Shown here one piece after another: positions 29,954 to 38,749 of a DNA stretch of 64,000 bases (position 1 is its first letter; the number at the start of each line of letters is the position of its first letter). The DNA is from Nitrosopumilus sp. GTDB lineage: Archaea; Thermoproteota; Nitrososphaeria; Nitrososphaerales; Nitrosopumilaceae. The notes under the pieces were generated by a model that did not search any database, was not told where the DNA came from, and saw only the letters and a program-made list of their open reading frames with translations. The position numbers were made by a program, and so were the translations under genes. The stretch covers positions 2,112,001-2,176,000 of the forward strand of contig OZ244651.1 of NCBI GenBank assembly GCA_965218695.1. The letters run 5' to 3'.

Positions 29954-31261
29954 CAGATAACCCAGATGTGACGCATACAGACAAACTTTCAATGCAAACA
30001 GATCAATAAGGTACACGCCCCAGACGACCTTAATGCATCACCAAAAAAGTCGCCTGGGACGCGACATGATGAACAATTCTAGGACTATCAAAGTATTGTA
30101 GACGAGACTGACAAGATTACGTCCTGCGTCAAGATCTCCAAGAGATACAACGCAGTTTATGGATCCGGCGACTTTCACGATATGGCGATGCGGGCGGCAT
30201 TGGCCAATTCCTACATATCAGGATCCGCGTCTGCCGTGCGGCGGGCGGCATCATCAGACTGCGGCCCCGCAAGGTCGGCGCACCGCATTCCCACAGACGA
30301 GTGGTACAGGAACATCCTTTCTATGATGGATGACGGCGAGGTATCCGAATGCATCGGAGACGCCATATCATCACAGATTGACAGGCTGCGCCGTATGGGA
30401 AAGACGCCTCCGGACGGCATGACCATTGCCATTGACGCGCACTTGATACCATGCTATTGCAAGGACCACGGAGTCTAGCAGATACGCTCAAGATCCAAGC
30501 AGGGGACGGATCGTTTCATCAGGTACGTCACGGCGCAATGCGTGGATCGGGGCGCCCGCCTGACGCTTGCCGCCATACACATGCCCGCACTCGAATCCAT
30601 GTCGGATTTCGTGCGTAAACTCGTCGATTTGGCCAGGCAGGCAGGCGCGAACATCAAGCTGGTGCTGCTGGACAGAGAATTCTTTGCCACCGACGTAATG
30701 AGGACGCTTGACGGCATGGGCGTCGGATACCTCGTGCCAAGCAGGAATACTGACACGGTAGTCAACGCCCTTGATGAATTTGCAGCAGGCAGGCGCGGTG
30801 CCGTGTCCGAACTGGACATAACAAACTCCGACGGTGCCTCCTTTACGTACACGATACTCATCATGGAACGAAGAGAGCGAAAAAAGGATTCCAAGGATGA
30901 GTCCAAAAACAGGTACATTGGATTTGCCACCAACATGCCAGACATTGACGTGGCCGTGTACGATCAGAGGTGGGGGATAGAAACCGGCTACAAGATGCTA
31001 GAGGCGATGAGGCCCAGGACGCGCAGCCAAAACATCGCTGCAAGGAATTTTTGTTTTCTGTACTCTGTGGTGATATTCAATGCATGGGTGCTGGCAAACG
31101 CGATGCTTGCAAGCTGCCCGGCAGGAATGGGTCAGAAGGGCACTGCAATCACCCAGACCCATTTCAAATTCATGATAGAAAGCATGCTTCTTTTGCTAAG
31201 CATTATACCGCCCGAACCGCCGCCAGATCCTGTCGCGCCGTGAGCACATCTGGGTTATCTG
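29954..31261 (+). mobile_element. Second, divergent ISH3-family element (1308 bp)
   Basis: 17-bp TIR CAGATAACCCAGATGTG; 5-bp TSD GTGAT at 29949-29953 and 31262-31266. Confidence 0.92.
30033..31243 (+). pseudogene. ISH3 transposase pseudogene
   Basis: Homologous to the 19099 ORF (AIDAH, LLDREFF, YDQRWGIETGYK); frameshift near 30085 and in-frame TAG at 30476-30478. Confidence 0.88.
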
Positions 31262-31306
31262 GTGATGCCTTTAGATTTTTAATGGACGCACGCAGATTCA
31301 AACAGA

Positions 31307-32851
31307 TTGAAACAGCTTTGCATGTTGGCATTCCTCTCGCTGGGAATCCTTCTCCTTGTGCCCGGCAGTGCGCATGGCCACGGAGATCCAACCGAGGTCT
31401 TTCCCCCGGTAGAGTTGGACGGCAGGTTTGTCACCCTAGAGATATCCTCCGACCCAGTTACCGATAACGATGATCAACGCATCTCAATTTCCATGATTGA
31501 CTTTGATTCCAAGATTACACTGCGGGATGTCACGTTCCTGATAAAAGCCGAACGGGGGGAGACGTTCCTGTTCGAGCAGGAGTTTCGGGCAGACAGCGGT
31601 TCCATAATATTCAACTTTGTATCCGAAGATACTGATTCCGTCGTGGTGCAGGAGGCAGAAGGGGGCCTTTTTGGTTCCCTGCTGGGACTTGACAACTACC
31701 TGTTTCATGTAAAGGGGCCGAACCTCAGCAAGGGGGGACTGTACAAGTTTGATGTAGCCGTACTTGCGGCAGACGGCTACTCCAGAACGCTTGCCAAACC
31801 ACTGGTATTCAACGGTGGAGTCTCAATTGCACAGAATACGACACATGCGATTGCTGATCCAAACTTTGGGGACCAAATCATTAACGTAATTACATACTAT
31901 GACGAGATATCCGGCTTCGAGTATGACTGGGAGTCAAAGGGCATCAGATACTCTATGCCATTTGAGTGGAGCCAAGAGAACATCAACCAGACATCGGTGG
32001 TACACGAGGAGATCTCCATTCCGTATACATTTGGCGATCTGCTGGTGTCAGGATTTACCATGTATATCAACGGGGTTCAGATGCCTGAAGACGTGGTGCA
32101 AGTTGATGATTTTTTTACCGACTGGCGGACTGTCCATTTTATCATACCCCAGAGAATCCTGTTTGAGATACTTGAGGACAACCAGAACCCTGACGGGATG
32201 GATTTTGTGATCCTGCCGGATCGCAACTACCCGCACATGAGTTTGGTCACAGAAAACGTCCAGTTTCGGATCCTTCTACAGTGGGAGCCTGAAGATCTCA
32301 GATCCGGTTCTGATGCAAGGATACTCTTTGATGTTACCGACATCTTCCTCAAGAACAGGCCGGTTGCCGTAAGCTACGAGTTCTCAATGACCCAGAATGG
32401 CAGGACAATCTTTGAGCAGAAAGGTACAAGTTCAGACTCCCGGGAATCCCACAACATTGCAGAGTTTGTCATCCCGGAGGACGTCTCGGGGATAGTGCAT
32501 CTCAACTTTGAAAACCTTGCAGGCAACGATTTTGCAAAGACGACACTTCCGGTGGTGGTGGACAGGGTCATGCCCCAGAGTGATCCTGTGCAAATCCCTA
32601 ACTGGATAAAAAATAATGCACTGCTGTGGTCACAGGGACAGATTGATGATGGTACATTCATCGGCGCAATACAATATCTTATCCAGAATGACATTATTAC
32701 AGTATCCCAAACATCGCAGGATGATGGATCGCAGGGTATTCCAGACTGGGTCAGAACCAATGCTGCATTGTGGGCAGATGGGCAGATTGACAATGGCACG
32801 TTCATCTTGGGACTGGAGTTTCTTATCCGGGTGGGGATAATCACTATCTGA
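31307..32851 (+). CDS. Secreted protein, paralog of 12602/27809, two C-terminal PxWIKNNA domains
   Basis: Signal ..SAHG-HGDP; ITYYD..MPFEWS..VVHEEI; IPNWIKNNALLW, IPDWVRTNAALW. Confidence 0.8.
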   Translation: MKQLCMLAFLSLGILLLVPGSAHGHGDPTEVFPPVELDGRFVTLEISSDPVTDNDDQRISISMIDFDSKITLRDVTFLIKAERGETFLFEQEFRADSGSIIFNFVSEDTDSVVVQEAEGGLFGSLLGLDNYLFHVKGPNLSKGGLYKFDVAVLAADGYSRTLAKPLVFNGGVSIAQNTTHAIADPNFGDQIINVITYYDEISGFEYDWESKGIRYSMPFEWSQENINQTSVVHEEISIPYTFGDLLVSGFTMYINGVQMPEDVVQVDDFFTDWRTVHFIIPQRILFEILEDNQNPDGMDFVILPDRNYPHMSLVTENVQFRILLQWEPEDLRSGSDARILFDVTDIFLKNRPVAVSYEFSMTQNGRTIFEQKGTSSDSRESHNIAEFVIPEDVSGIVHLNFENLAGNDFAKTTLPVVVDRVMPQSDPVQIPNWIKNNALLWSQGQIDDGTFIGAIQYLIQNDIITVSQTSQDDGSQGIPDWVRTNAALWADGQIDNGTFILGLEFLIRVGIITI

Positions 32852-33000
32852 TCCGGCACTGTTTGAATGACATACCCGCACGGTAACCATGAATCGTCCT
32901 CATGTACTGCCGGGAGAATCAGAACCGTTCAGTCACCGGCGCGCAGTAGCCATCCCAAAGGGATATCATATTAAGGCAAAAGATCCTCTTGATAGATTAA

Positions 33001-34233
33001 TTGAAGACCGTACACTTGGCCTGCCTTGCAGGCATAGTCATTACAGGACTGCTCTGCACAACCCTCCTTCAAATGGCAGATGCCCAGGTGGTCATACCAT
33101 CAGACGAGTATCTGGGGTACCATGACGCCCTCGGAATCTATACCGTGGTGGGCAATGTCAAGAATGAAGGCGACTTTGCAGTGATTCCGACCATTACCGT
33201 CTCCGTGACTGACGGCTCCACGATTGTCTCTGAGACGATGAGGTACGTCCCGATACCGTCAAAAGGAGAGATCCCGTTCAAGGTAAAGTTTCCCCATCTT
33301 ACCACCAATGCCCCAATCCTTGGGGAACCGATAGTCACGTTTGAGAGGACAGTTGCTGACAGGGTTCCAATTGACGTACTATATGACAGGACACTGATAA
33401 AGCACGAGGACGGCCACCTAACCGGACGAATCCAGAACAACGGTGATCAGACCATCCACTATCCCAAGATCTTTGCCGTGGTTCACGGGTATGATGCAGT
33501 ACTGGATATCGCCCAAAACATCGAGTTTATCGAAAAGATCGAGCCCGGCGAAATCGTAGAGTTCTCCATGTATCCCGATCCTGCAATTACCGAGGATGTC
33601 TTTTACTACAGCTGCTTTGGACCAGTCGATACCACCGTGGTTCCGCTGACTGCCAAGAAGAACGGCGGAGACTTTAACTTCAGATACGACTCGGGTTCGC
33701 AGTATTCCGGGCCGATCTTTGACGAAGAGGGAACCACAATGACCCTTCAGGGCTACAACAGTTTTGCCATTGGAACCTATGTCAACTTTGAGCTTCCACC
33801 CATATCTGGAAACGAAGAGTTTGCAGTCACCGTAAACGACCAGCCCATAGACTTTATCCAAAGCAAGGACGATCTGGGGTACTGGCATATTGCATTCTCC
33901 GTCGAGCCCATCTCACAGGACATCGTAAGGATATCGGGGTTTGAGAAGGGACTTCCACCAGATCTGCCGCGTGTACCTGAGTGGGTCAAACTTGGTGCTA
34001 CGTGGTGGGTTGCCGGAGAGATATCTGCAGGCGAGTTCCTTGAGGGAATCAATTTTCTGTTTGAAAAGGCGATCATATCGGTCCCGTCGCGGAACATTGT
34101 TGCAGAGTCACAGTGGACGGTTCCCTCGTGGGTGACAGCGCCTGCCAAACTGTGGTCAGAGGACAGTATTACCGATGATGAGTTTCTGGCCATGATGGAA
34201 TACCTTGTGGAAAAGGGCATAGTCGTAGCGTAG
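33001..34233 (+). CDS. Secreted protein (FxLYD-like Ig domains + C-terminal PxW domains)
   Basis: Signal peptide; VVGNVKN and LTGRIQNNG repeats; VPEWVK..WW. Confidence 0.7.
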   Translation: MKTVHLACLAGIVITGLLCTTLLQMADAQVVIPSDEYLGYHDALGIYTVVGNVKNEGDFAVIPTITVSVTDGSTIVSETMRYVPIPSKGEIPFKVKFPHLTTNAPILGEPIVTFERTVADRVPIDVLYDRTLIKHEDGHLTGRIQNNGDQTIHYPKIFAVVHGYDAVLDIAQNIEFIEKIEPGEIVEFSMYPDPAITEDVFYYSCFGPVDTTVVPLTAKKNGGDFNFRYDSGSQYSGPIFDEEGTTMTLQGYNSFAIGTYVNFELPPISGNEEFAVTVNDQPIDFIQSKDDLGYWHIAFSVEPISQDIVRISGFEKGLPPDLPRVPEWVKLGATWWVAGEISAGEFLEGINFLFEKAIISVPSRNIVAESQWTVPSWVTAPAKLWSEDSITDDEFLAMMEYLVEKGIVVA

Positions 34234-34314
34234 GTTTTGTGATCCAGGTTAGGCCATACCCTGATACAACAGGTTCAAAAAATCTTATTATACAAATTTT
34301 CACCATGCAGTATC

Positions 34315-35094
34315 ATGTTCCCTCTGCGCGATGAGAATCCACATCCTCCCGGATTCAAGCCGAGGGTCACGTATGCCCTGATGATAGCCAACATTGCAGT
34401 ATTCTTCATGGAGGTGGCATACACGGGCCAGTTCTTTGATTTTACAAACAGGAACGCCTTTGACCTGTTCTACAGCTGGGGTGCTGTTCCGTACTGCGTT
34501 ACAGGCGGAGATATCATAAGGATCGACTTTGGAGCAGGTCCTATATCCGTATCATGTCCTGCCATGCCATATATCTCCCTGATAACCTCCACATTCCTTC
34601 ACGGAGGCCTGATGCATCTGGGGGGCAACATGCTGTTCCTGTGGATCTTTGGCGATAACATAGAGCAAAAGTTCGGGAAGCTAAAATATCTTGGAATCTA
34701 TCTTATGTGGGGAGTTCTTGCAGGGCTGGTTCACATATATGGCGATACCGCCAGTGCGACTCCTGCAGTCGGTGCATCCGGGGCCATCTCCGGAGTGTTG
34801 GGTGCATACTTGATTATATTTCCCAAGGCAAGAATACAGACATTCCTGATGCTGGGATTCTTTTGGAGAATGATACACATTCAGGCAAGATGGTTCCTGC
34901 CGTTCTGGCTGGTCTTCCAGAACCTGCTTCCGTTCTTTATAGGAGGGTTTGGAGTAGCAGGTGGCGGCGTGGCGTACCTTGCCCACATCGGAGGATTTGT
35001 AGTAGGTCTTGCAACCGGGTACCTCTACAAAAAGACGCACAGCTCCGAGAGCCTGTACGGGACGCGATACGGCTACAGGTCTGACTACCGGTAA
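34315..35094 (+). CDS. Rhomboid intramembrane serine protease
   Basis: FLHGGLMHLGGNMLFLWIFG, GASGAISG, AHIGG. Confidence 0.95.
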   Translation: MFPLRDENPHPPGFKPRVTYALMIANIAVFFMEVAYTGQFFDFTNRNAFDLFYSWGAVPYCVTGGDIIRIDFGAGPISVSCPAMPYISLITSTFLHGGLMHLGGNMLFLWIFGDNIEQKFGKLKYLGIYLMWGVLAGLVHIYGDTASATPAVGASGAISGVLGAYLIIFPKARIQTFLMLGFFWRMIHIQARWFLPFWLVFQNLLPFFIGGFGVAGGGVAYLAHIGGFVVGLATGYLYKKTHSSESLYGTRYGYRSDYR

Positions 35095-35125
35095 CTAAAA
35101 ATTCCGTATTCTGCCCCTAAATGTA

Positions 35126-35302
35126 ATGCCGTTAATTAAAGTATCAATGTATCCTGGCAGGACTCAGGAACAGAAGGATGCGTTTGCAAAGGCCGTGACA
35201 AGGTCTGCTGTAGACATTCTCAAGACCAAGGAGAGCCACGTAATCGTCATCTTTGAGGACAATCCCCGGGAGAACTGGTTTCTTGCAGGAGACCGACTCT
35301 AA
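35126..35302 (+). CDS. 4-oxalocrotonate tautomerase family protein (58 aa)
   Basis: Hand translation MPLIKVSMYPGRTQEQK...ENWFLAG with catalytic Pro1. Confidence 0.88.
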   Translation: MPLIKVSMYPGRTQEQKDAFAKAVTRSAVDILKTKESHVIVIFEDNPRENWFLAGDRL

Positions 35303-35393
35303 TTATTTTTAAGCTACAGATGAATCCATTCCTGCGCGACTATGGCCTTGGCACCGGCAGATTCTTTTTATTGCAATCCGACAGACATTCCTT

Positions 35394-36200
35394 GTGAAGG
35401 CAGCAGTAGTCCAGTTCAAGGCATCGACTGACAAGGCAGCCAACCTCAAGAGGATAATCTCGTTTATCTCCAAGGCCGCATCAGACGGTGCCGCGCTGTG
35501 TGCGTTTCCAGAGTTTATGATGTTTTATACTGACTCATCACAGACGCCAGGACAGCTTGCAGCCATGGCCGAGACTGTTGACGGAGACTTTGTAACTGCC
35601 CTCTCAAGGGCTGCCCGGGAGAACCGCATAGACGTAGTAGGATCGTTTTATGAAAAGAGCGCAAGGAGGAACAGGGTGCATGACACGTCTGTCATAATAG
35701 ACAGAACCGGCAGAATCGTCTCTACATACCGCAAGATTCACCTCTATGACGCTCTGGGATTCAAGGAGTCCAGAAAGATGACACCCGGTTCTGAGATTGC
35801 AAGACCTGTAAGGACGTCTGTGGGAAGAACAGGCATGATGATCTGCTACGATCTGAGGTTTCCCGAAATGTCCCGCTGGCTTGCAGCCTCCGGCTCGGAG
35901 GTTATTGTAGCGCCGTCTGCATGGGTTCAGGGGGATATGAAAGAAGAGCACTGGCTCACAATTAACCGGGCGCGTGCAATCGAGAATGGATGCTATGTAA
36001 TCGCACCAGACCAGGTAGGCAACATCTACTGCGGAAGAAGTCTAGTAGTTGATCCGTTTGGCAGAATACTGCTTGACATGGGACAGAGACAGGGCATAGG
36101 ATATGCCGATATTGACATGCAAAACGTGCAGAAGACAAGGAGGATATTGCCACTGCTTAAGAACAGAAGAACCGATGTGTACCGCTCCCCGGACTGCTAG
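35394..36200 (+). CDS. Carbon-nitrogen hydrolase (Nit-like)
   Basis: FPE, YRKIHLYD, ICYDLRFPE triad, RARAIEN. Confidence 0.93.
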   Translation: MKAAVVQFKASTDKAANLKRIISFISKAASDGAALCAFPEFMMFYTDSSQTPGQLAAMAETVDGDFVTALSRAARENRIDVVGSFYEKSARRNRVHDTSVIIDRTGRIVSTYRKIHLYDALGFKESRKMTPGSEIARPVRTSVGRTGMMICYDLRFPEMSRWLAASGSEVIVAPSAWVQGDMKEEHWLTINRARAIENGCYVIAPDQVGNIYCGRSLVVDPFGRILLDMGQRQGIGYADIDMQNVQKTRRILPLLKNRRTDVYRSPDC

Positions 36201-36865
36201 ATTCTGCTGCTGCATACAATGTTTGAGCACTGTCTTGTCCAGCTCTGGATTCTTGTGTACCTGAAGATTATTACCGGCCACCTGCAGACATCGCATCTGT
36301 TCTTTGTTGCCCGGAGCTTTGCCTTCTGCAATAGCGGTGAGGATGCCTTGCATCCGCCGTAAAAGTTCGAACATCCCATGAACCGCTTTCCGGTTGTTCT
36401 TGATCTGATTATCATCAGCTCACCTAGCCCGCATTCGGGACACTGTACAAGTCCCTTCTTTGGAAAGTTTGTCCCTAGAATCATATACTTTTTCTCCCTT
36501 GGGGACCATGACAGGTATCCTGTTGGATCCAGATACTGCTGGATCTCCTTCTTGAAGCCTTCTGTTCCGGTCTTTGTCATCTTTACAGTGTGCCTGGGAA
36601 CAACTCTGGGAGTGGTCCGCACCTTTGGTTTCTTTGTCATGGTACCTGCTCTGGGAGTGGTCCGCACCTTTGGTTTCTTTGTCATGGTACCTGCTCTGGG
36701 AGTGGTCCGCACCTTTGGTTTCTTTGTCATGGTACCTGCTCTGGGAGTGGTCCGCACCTTTGGTTTCTTTGTCATGGTACCTGCTCTGGGAGTGGTCCGC
36801 ACCTTTGGTTTCTTTGTCATGGTACCTGCTCTGGGAGTGGTCCGCACCTTTGGTTTCTTTGTCAT
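36197..36865 (-). CDS. Topoisomerase-I-type zinc-ribbon protein with repeat-expanded basic N-terminus
   Basis: CPECG..L.I.RSR.TGKRFMGCSNF..C, second CxxC..CxxxxC; N-terminus is 6 repeat units. Confidence 0.8.
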   Translation of the reverse strand: MTKKPKVRTTPRAGTMTKKPKVRTTPRAGTMTKKPKVRTTPRAGTMTKKPKVRTTPRAGTMTKKPKVRTTPRAGTMTKKPKVRTTPRVVPRHTVKMTKTGTEGFKKEIQQYLDPTGYLSWSPREKKYMILGTNFPKKGLVQCPECGLGELMIIRSRTTGKRFMGCSNFYGGCKASSPLLQKAKLRATKNRCDVCRWPVIIFRYTRIQSWTRQCSNIVCSSRI

Positions 36866-36871
36866 GGTACC
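36604..36871. repeat. Perfect 45-bp tandem repeat x~6 (MTKKPKVRTTPRAGT)n
   Basis: Unit CTCTGGGAGTGGTCCGCACCTTTGGTTTCTTTGTCATGGTACCTG. Confidence 0.96.
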
Positions 36872-36916
36872 GATACTGCTAAAACGATTTTTATATGGAC
36901 TCCGATCAGTGGCGAT

Positions 36917-38071
36917 GTGGAAAAGGTTTGCGTTCTTGGTGCAGGCAGCACCAAATATGGAAAGCTTAACGACAGCATCGCCGATATTACGACACAGGCA
37001 TCGGCAATGGCAATCGAGGATGCAGGCATTGATCCCAAGGAGGTCAAGGCAGCATACATCTCAAACGTCTTTGGTGTTGCAGACAAGCAGGTGCATCTTG
37101 GCCCGGTTCTGATGAGCAATCTTGGAATCTCGGATAGGCCGTCATTGTCCATCGAGTCTGCCTGCGGAAGCGGCTCTGTCTCATTTAGGGAAGCATACGC
37201 AAACGTTGCAGCCGGCTTTTATGATTGTCTGGTAGTTACCGGGGTGGAGAAGGTGACCCACACTGGAACCGAATGGACCACAACATACTTTTCATATTGT
37301 TCGGACTTTTTTTACGAGGGACAATCAGGTGCATCATTTCCGGGGCTGTTTGCCTCGATGGCACGTGCATACCTGACTGAGTTTGATGCCACTGAAGAGG
37401 ATCTGGCACTGGTCGCAGTAAAGAATCACAAAAATGGCATGCTCAACCCAAAGGCCCACCTGCAAAAAGAGATCACACTTGATGACGTAATGAATTCGCC
37501 GGTGGTTGCAAGCCCGCTTAAGCTTTACGACTGCTGTCCCTTCTCTGACGGGGCTAGTTCTGTAATACTCTGTTCTGAAAAATTTGCAAGGGAGCAGGGA
37601 GGTAGCTACATAGAGGTAATAGGTTCTGGCAGGGGAGGTTCGCCTGCAGCCCTACAGGGCCGGGATCGCCTGACTACAATTCCAAGTACAAAGATCGCAG
37701 CGGAGGCTGCATACAAGATGGCCGGAATAACCCCTGGGGATGTAGATTTTGCAGAGGTACACGACTGTTTTACAATTGCAGAGGTGGTGGACACTGAGGA
37801 TCTGGGGTTCTTTGAGAAGGGCACAGGCTTCCAGGCGGTCCGCGAGGGCAAAACCGACCTGAACTCGGACGTATCGATCAACCCGTCTGGTGGTCTCAAG
37901 TCAAAGGGACATCCGATCGGAGCGACCGGCGTGGGTCAGGTAGTGGAGGTGTATGATCAGCTGACCGGGAGGGCAGGCAAGAGAACCGTCAAGGATGCTA
38001 GAATCGGTCTTACTCACAACTTTGGCGCAACCGGGGCAAGCTGTGCAGTCCATCTGTTCCAAGGAGTATGA
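36917..38071 (+). CDS. Archaeal (SCP2-type) thiolase / acetyl-CoA acetyltransferase
   Basis: ESACGSG, NPKAH, DCCPFSDGA, EVHDCFT, NPSGGLKSKGHPIGATG; GTG start at 36917. Confidence 0.93.
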   Translation: MEKVCVLGAGSTKYGKLNDSIADITTQASAMAIEDAGIDPKEVKAAYISNVFGVADKQVHLGPVLMSNLGISDRPSLSIESACGSGSVSFREAYANVAAGFYDCLVVTGVEKVTHTGTEWTTTYFSYCSDFFYEGQSGASFPGLFASMARAYLTEFDATEEDLALVAVKNHKNGMLNPKAHLQKEITLDDVMNSPVVASPLKLYDCCPFSDGASSVILCSEKFAREQGGSYIEVIGSGRGGSPAALQGRDRLTTIPSTKIAAEAAYKMAGITPGDVDFAEVHDCFTIAEVVDTEDLGFFEKGTGFQAVREGKTDLNSDVSINPSGGLKSKGHPIGATGVGQVVEVYDQLTGRAGKRTVKDARIGLTHNFGATGASCAVHLFQGV

Positions 38072-38072
38072 T

Positions 38073-38438
38073 ATGTCCATAAAGGAGAGTCTTATTGAGA
38101 ACGCAAGACAGGGAAATATCCTTGTCCACAAGTGCACTGCATGTGGCAACCTGCATCTCTCTACTGTCTATTTTTGCCAGGGATGTGGTAGTAAGGACTT
38201 TGAGGATGTCATACTGGCAGGCACCGGCTCTGTTGTTACCTATACGATAATCACCGTGCCCCCTACAGGCTTTGAGGAGTATACCCCGTATGCCTTTGTC
38301 GTGCTTGGGCTGGACGACTCTGATCTGAGAATATCTGGATTCATGGCAGGAATAACGACACCTGCGGATCTTCCGGTAGGGACCAGAGCTAGGGTTGTAG
38401 GTTATGATCAGCGTGGCATTCTGATTGAAAAGCAGTAA
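38073..38438 (+). CDS. DUF35 (zinc-ribbon + OB fold) thiolase partner
   Basis: CTACG..CQGCGS, G.VVTYT, PY; directly after the thiolase. Confidence 0.9.
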   Translation: MSIKESLIENARQGNILVHKCTACGNLHLSTVYFCQGCGSKDFEDVILAGTGSVVTYTIITVPPTGFEEYTPYAFVVLGLDDSDLRISGFMAGITTPADLPVGTRARVVGYDQRGILIEKQ

Positions 38439-38507
38439 AATTATTTGTCCTGATTATTAAAAAGAATTAGATCAACTTTTAATTATTCCAGGCATGCGAT
38501 AATTCTC

Positions 38508-38669
38508 ATGTCAATAGAGATTACATGTGGCAAGTGCGGAGAACAGATTGTGCGGATGAAGATGCTAAAACCGCTCAAGAATATTCTGAATTCGTCAGGG
38601 GGAAAGTGTCCTTCATGCGGCCAGAAACTCTCCACATCCGAGTTTTCTCTTGACATCCAAGATGCCTGA
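38508..38669 (+). CDS. Small zinc-ribbon protein (53 aa)
   Basis: Hand translation MSIEITCGKCGE...KCPSCGQKL. Confidence 0.75.
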   Translation: MSIEITCGKCGEQIVRMKMLKPLKNILNSSGGKCPSCGQKLSTSEFSLDIQDA

Positions 38670-38749
38670 TACCATTCCCTAAAACCCCTGTATTCTCTGT
38701 CAAAATGAATTGACATTATGTTTATTTACTTTCACATCAAGATACTCTT

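Noticed and set aside
30476-30478. In-frame TAG as pyrrolysine or programmed read-through
   Set aside because: Aligns with a Glu codon in the homolog (single-base change) and the gene also has a frameshift; simple pseudogene
36604-36871. 45-bp repeats as CRISPR, or as an N-terminal extension of the thiolase (ORF 36590)
   Set aside because: No spacers; thiolase homology starts at GTG 36917 with a TATA-like element upstream
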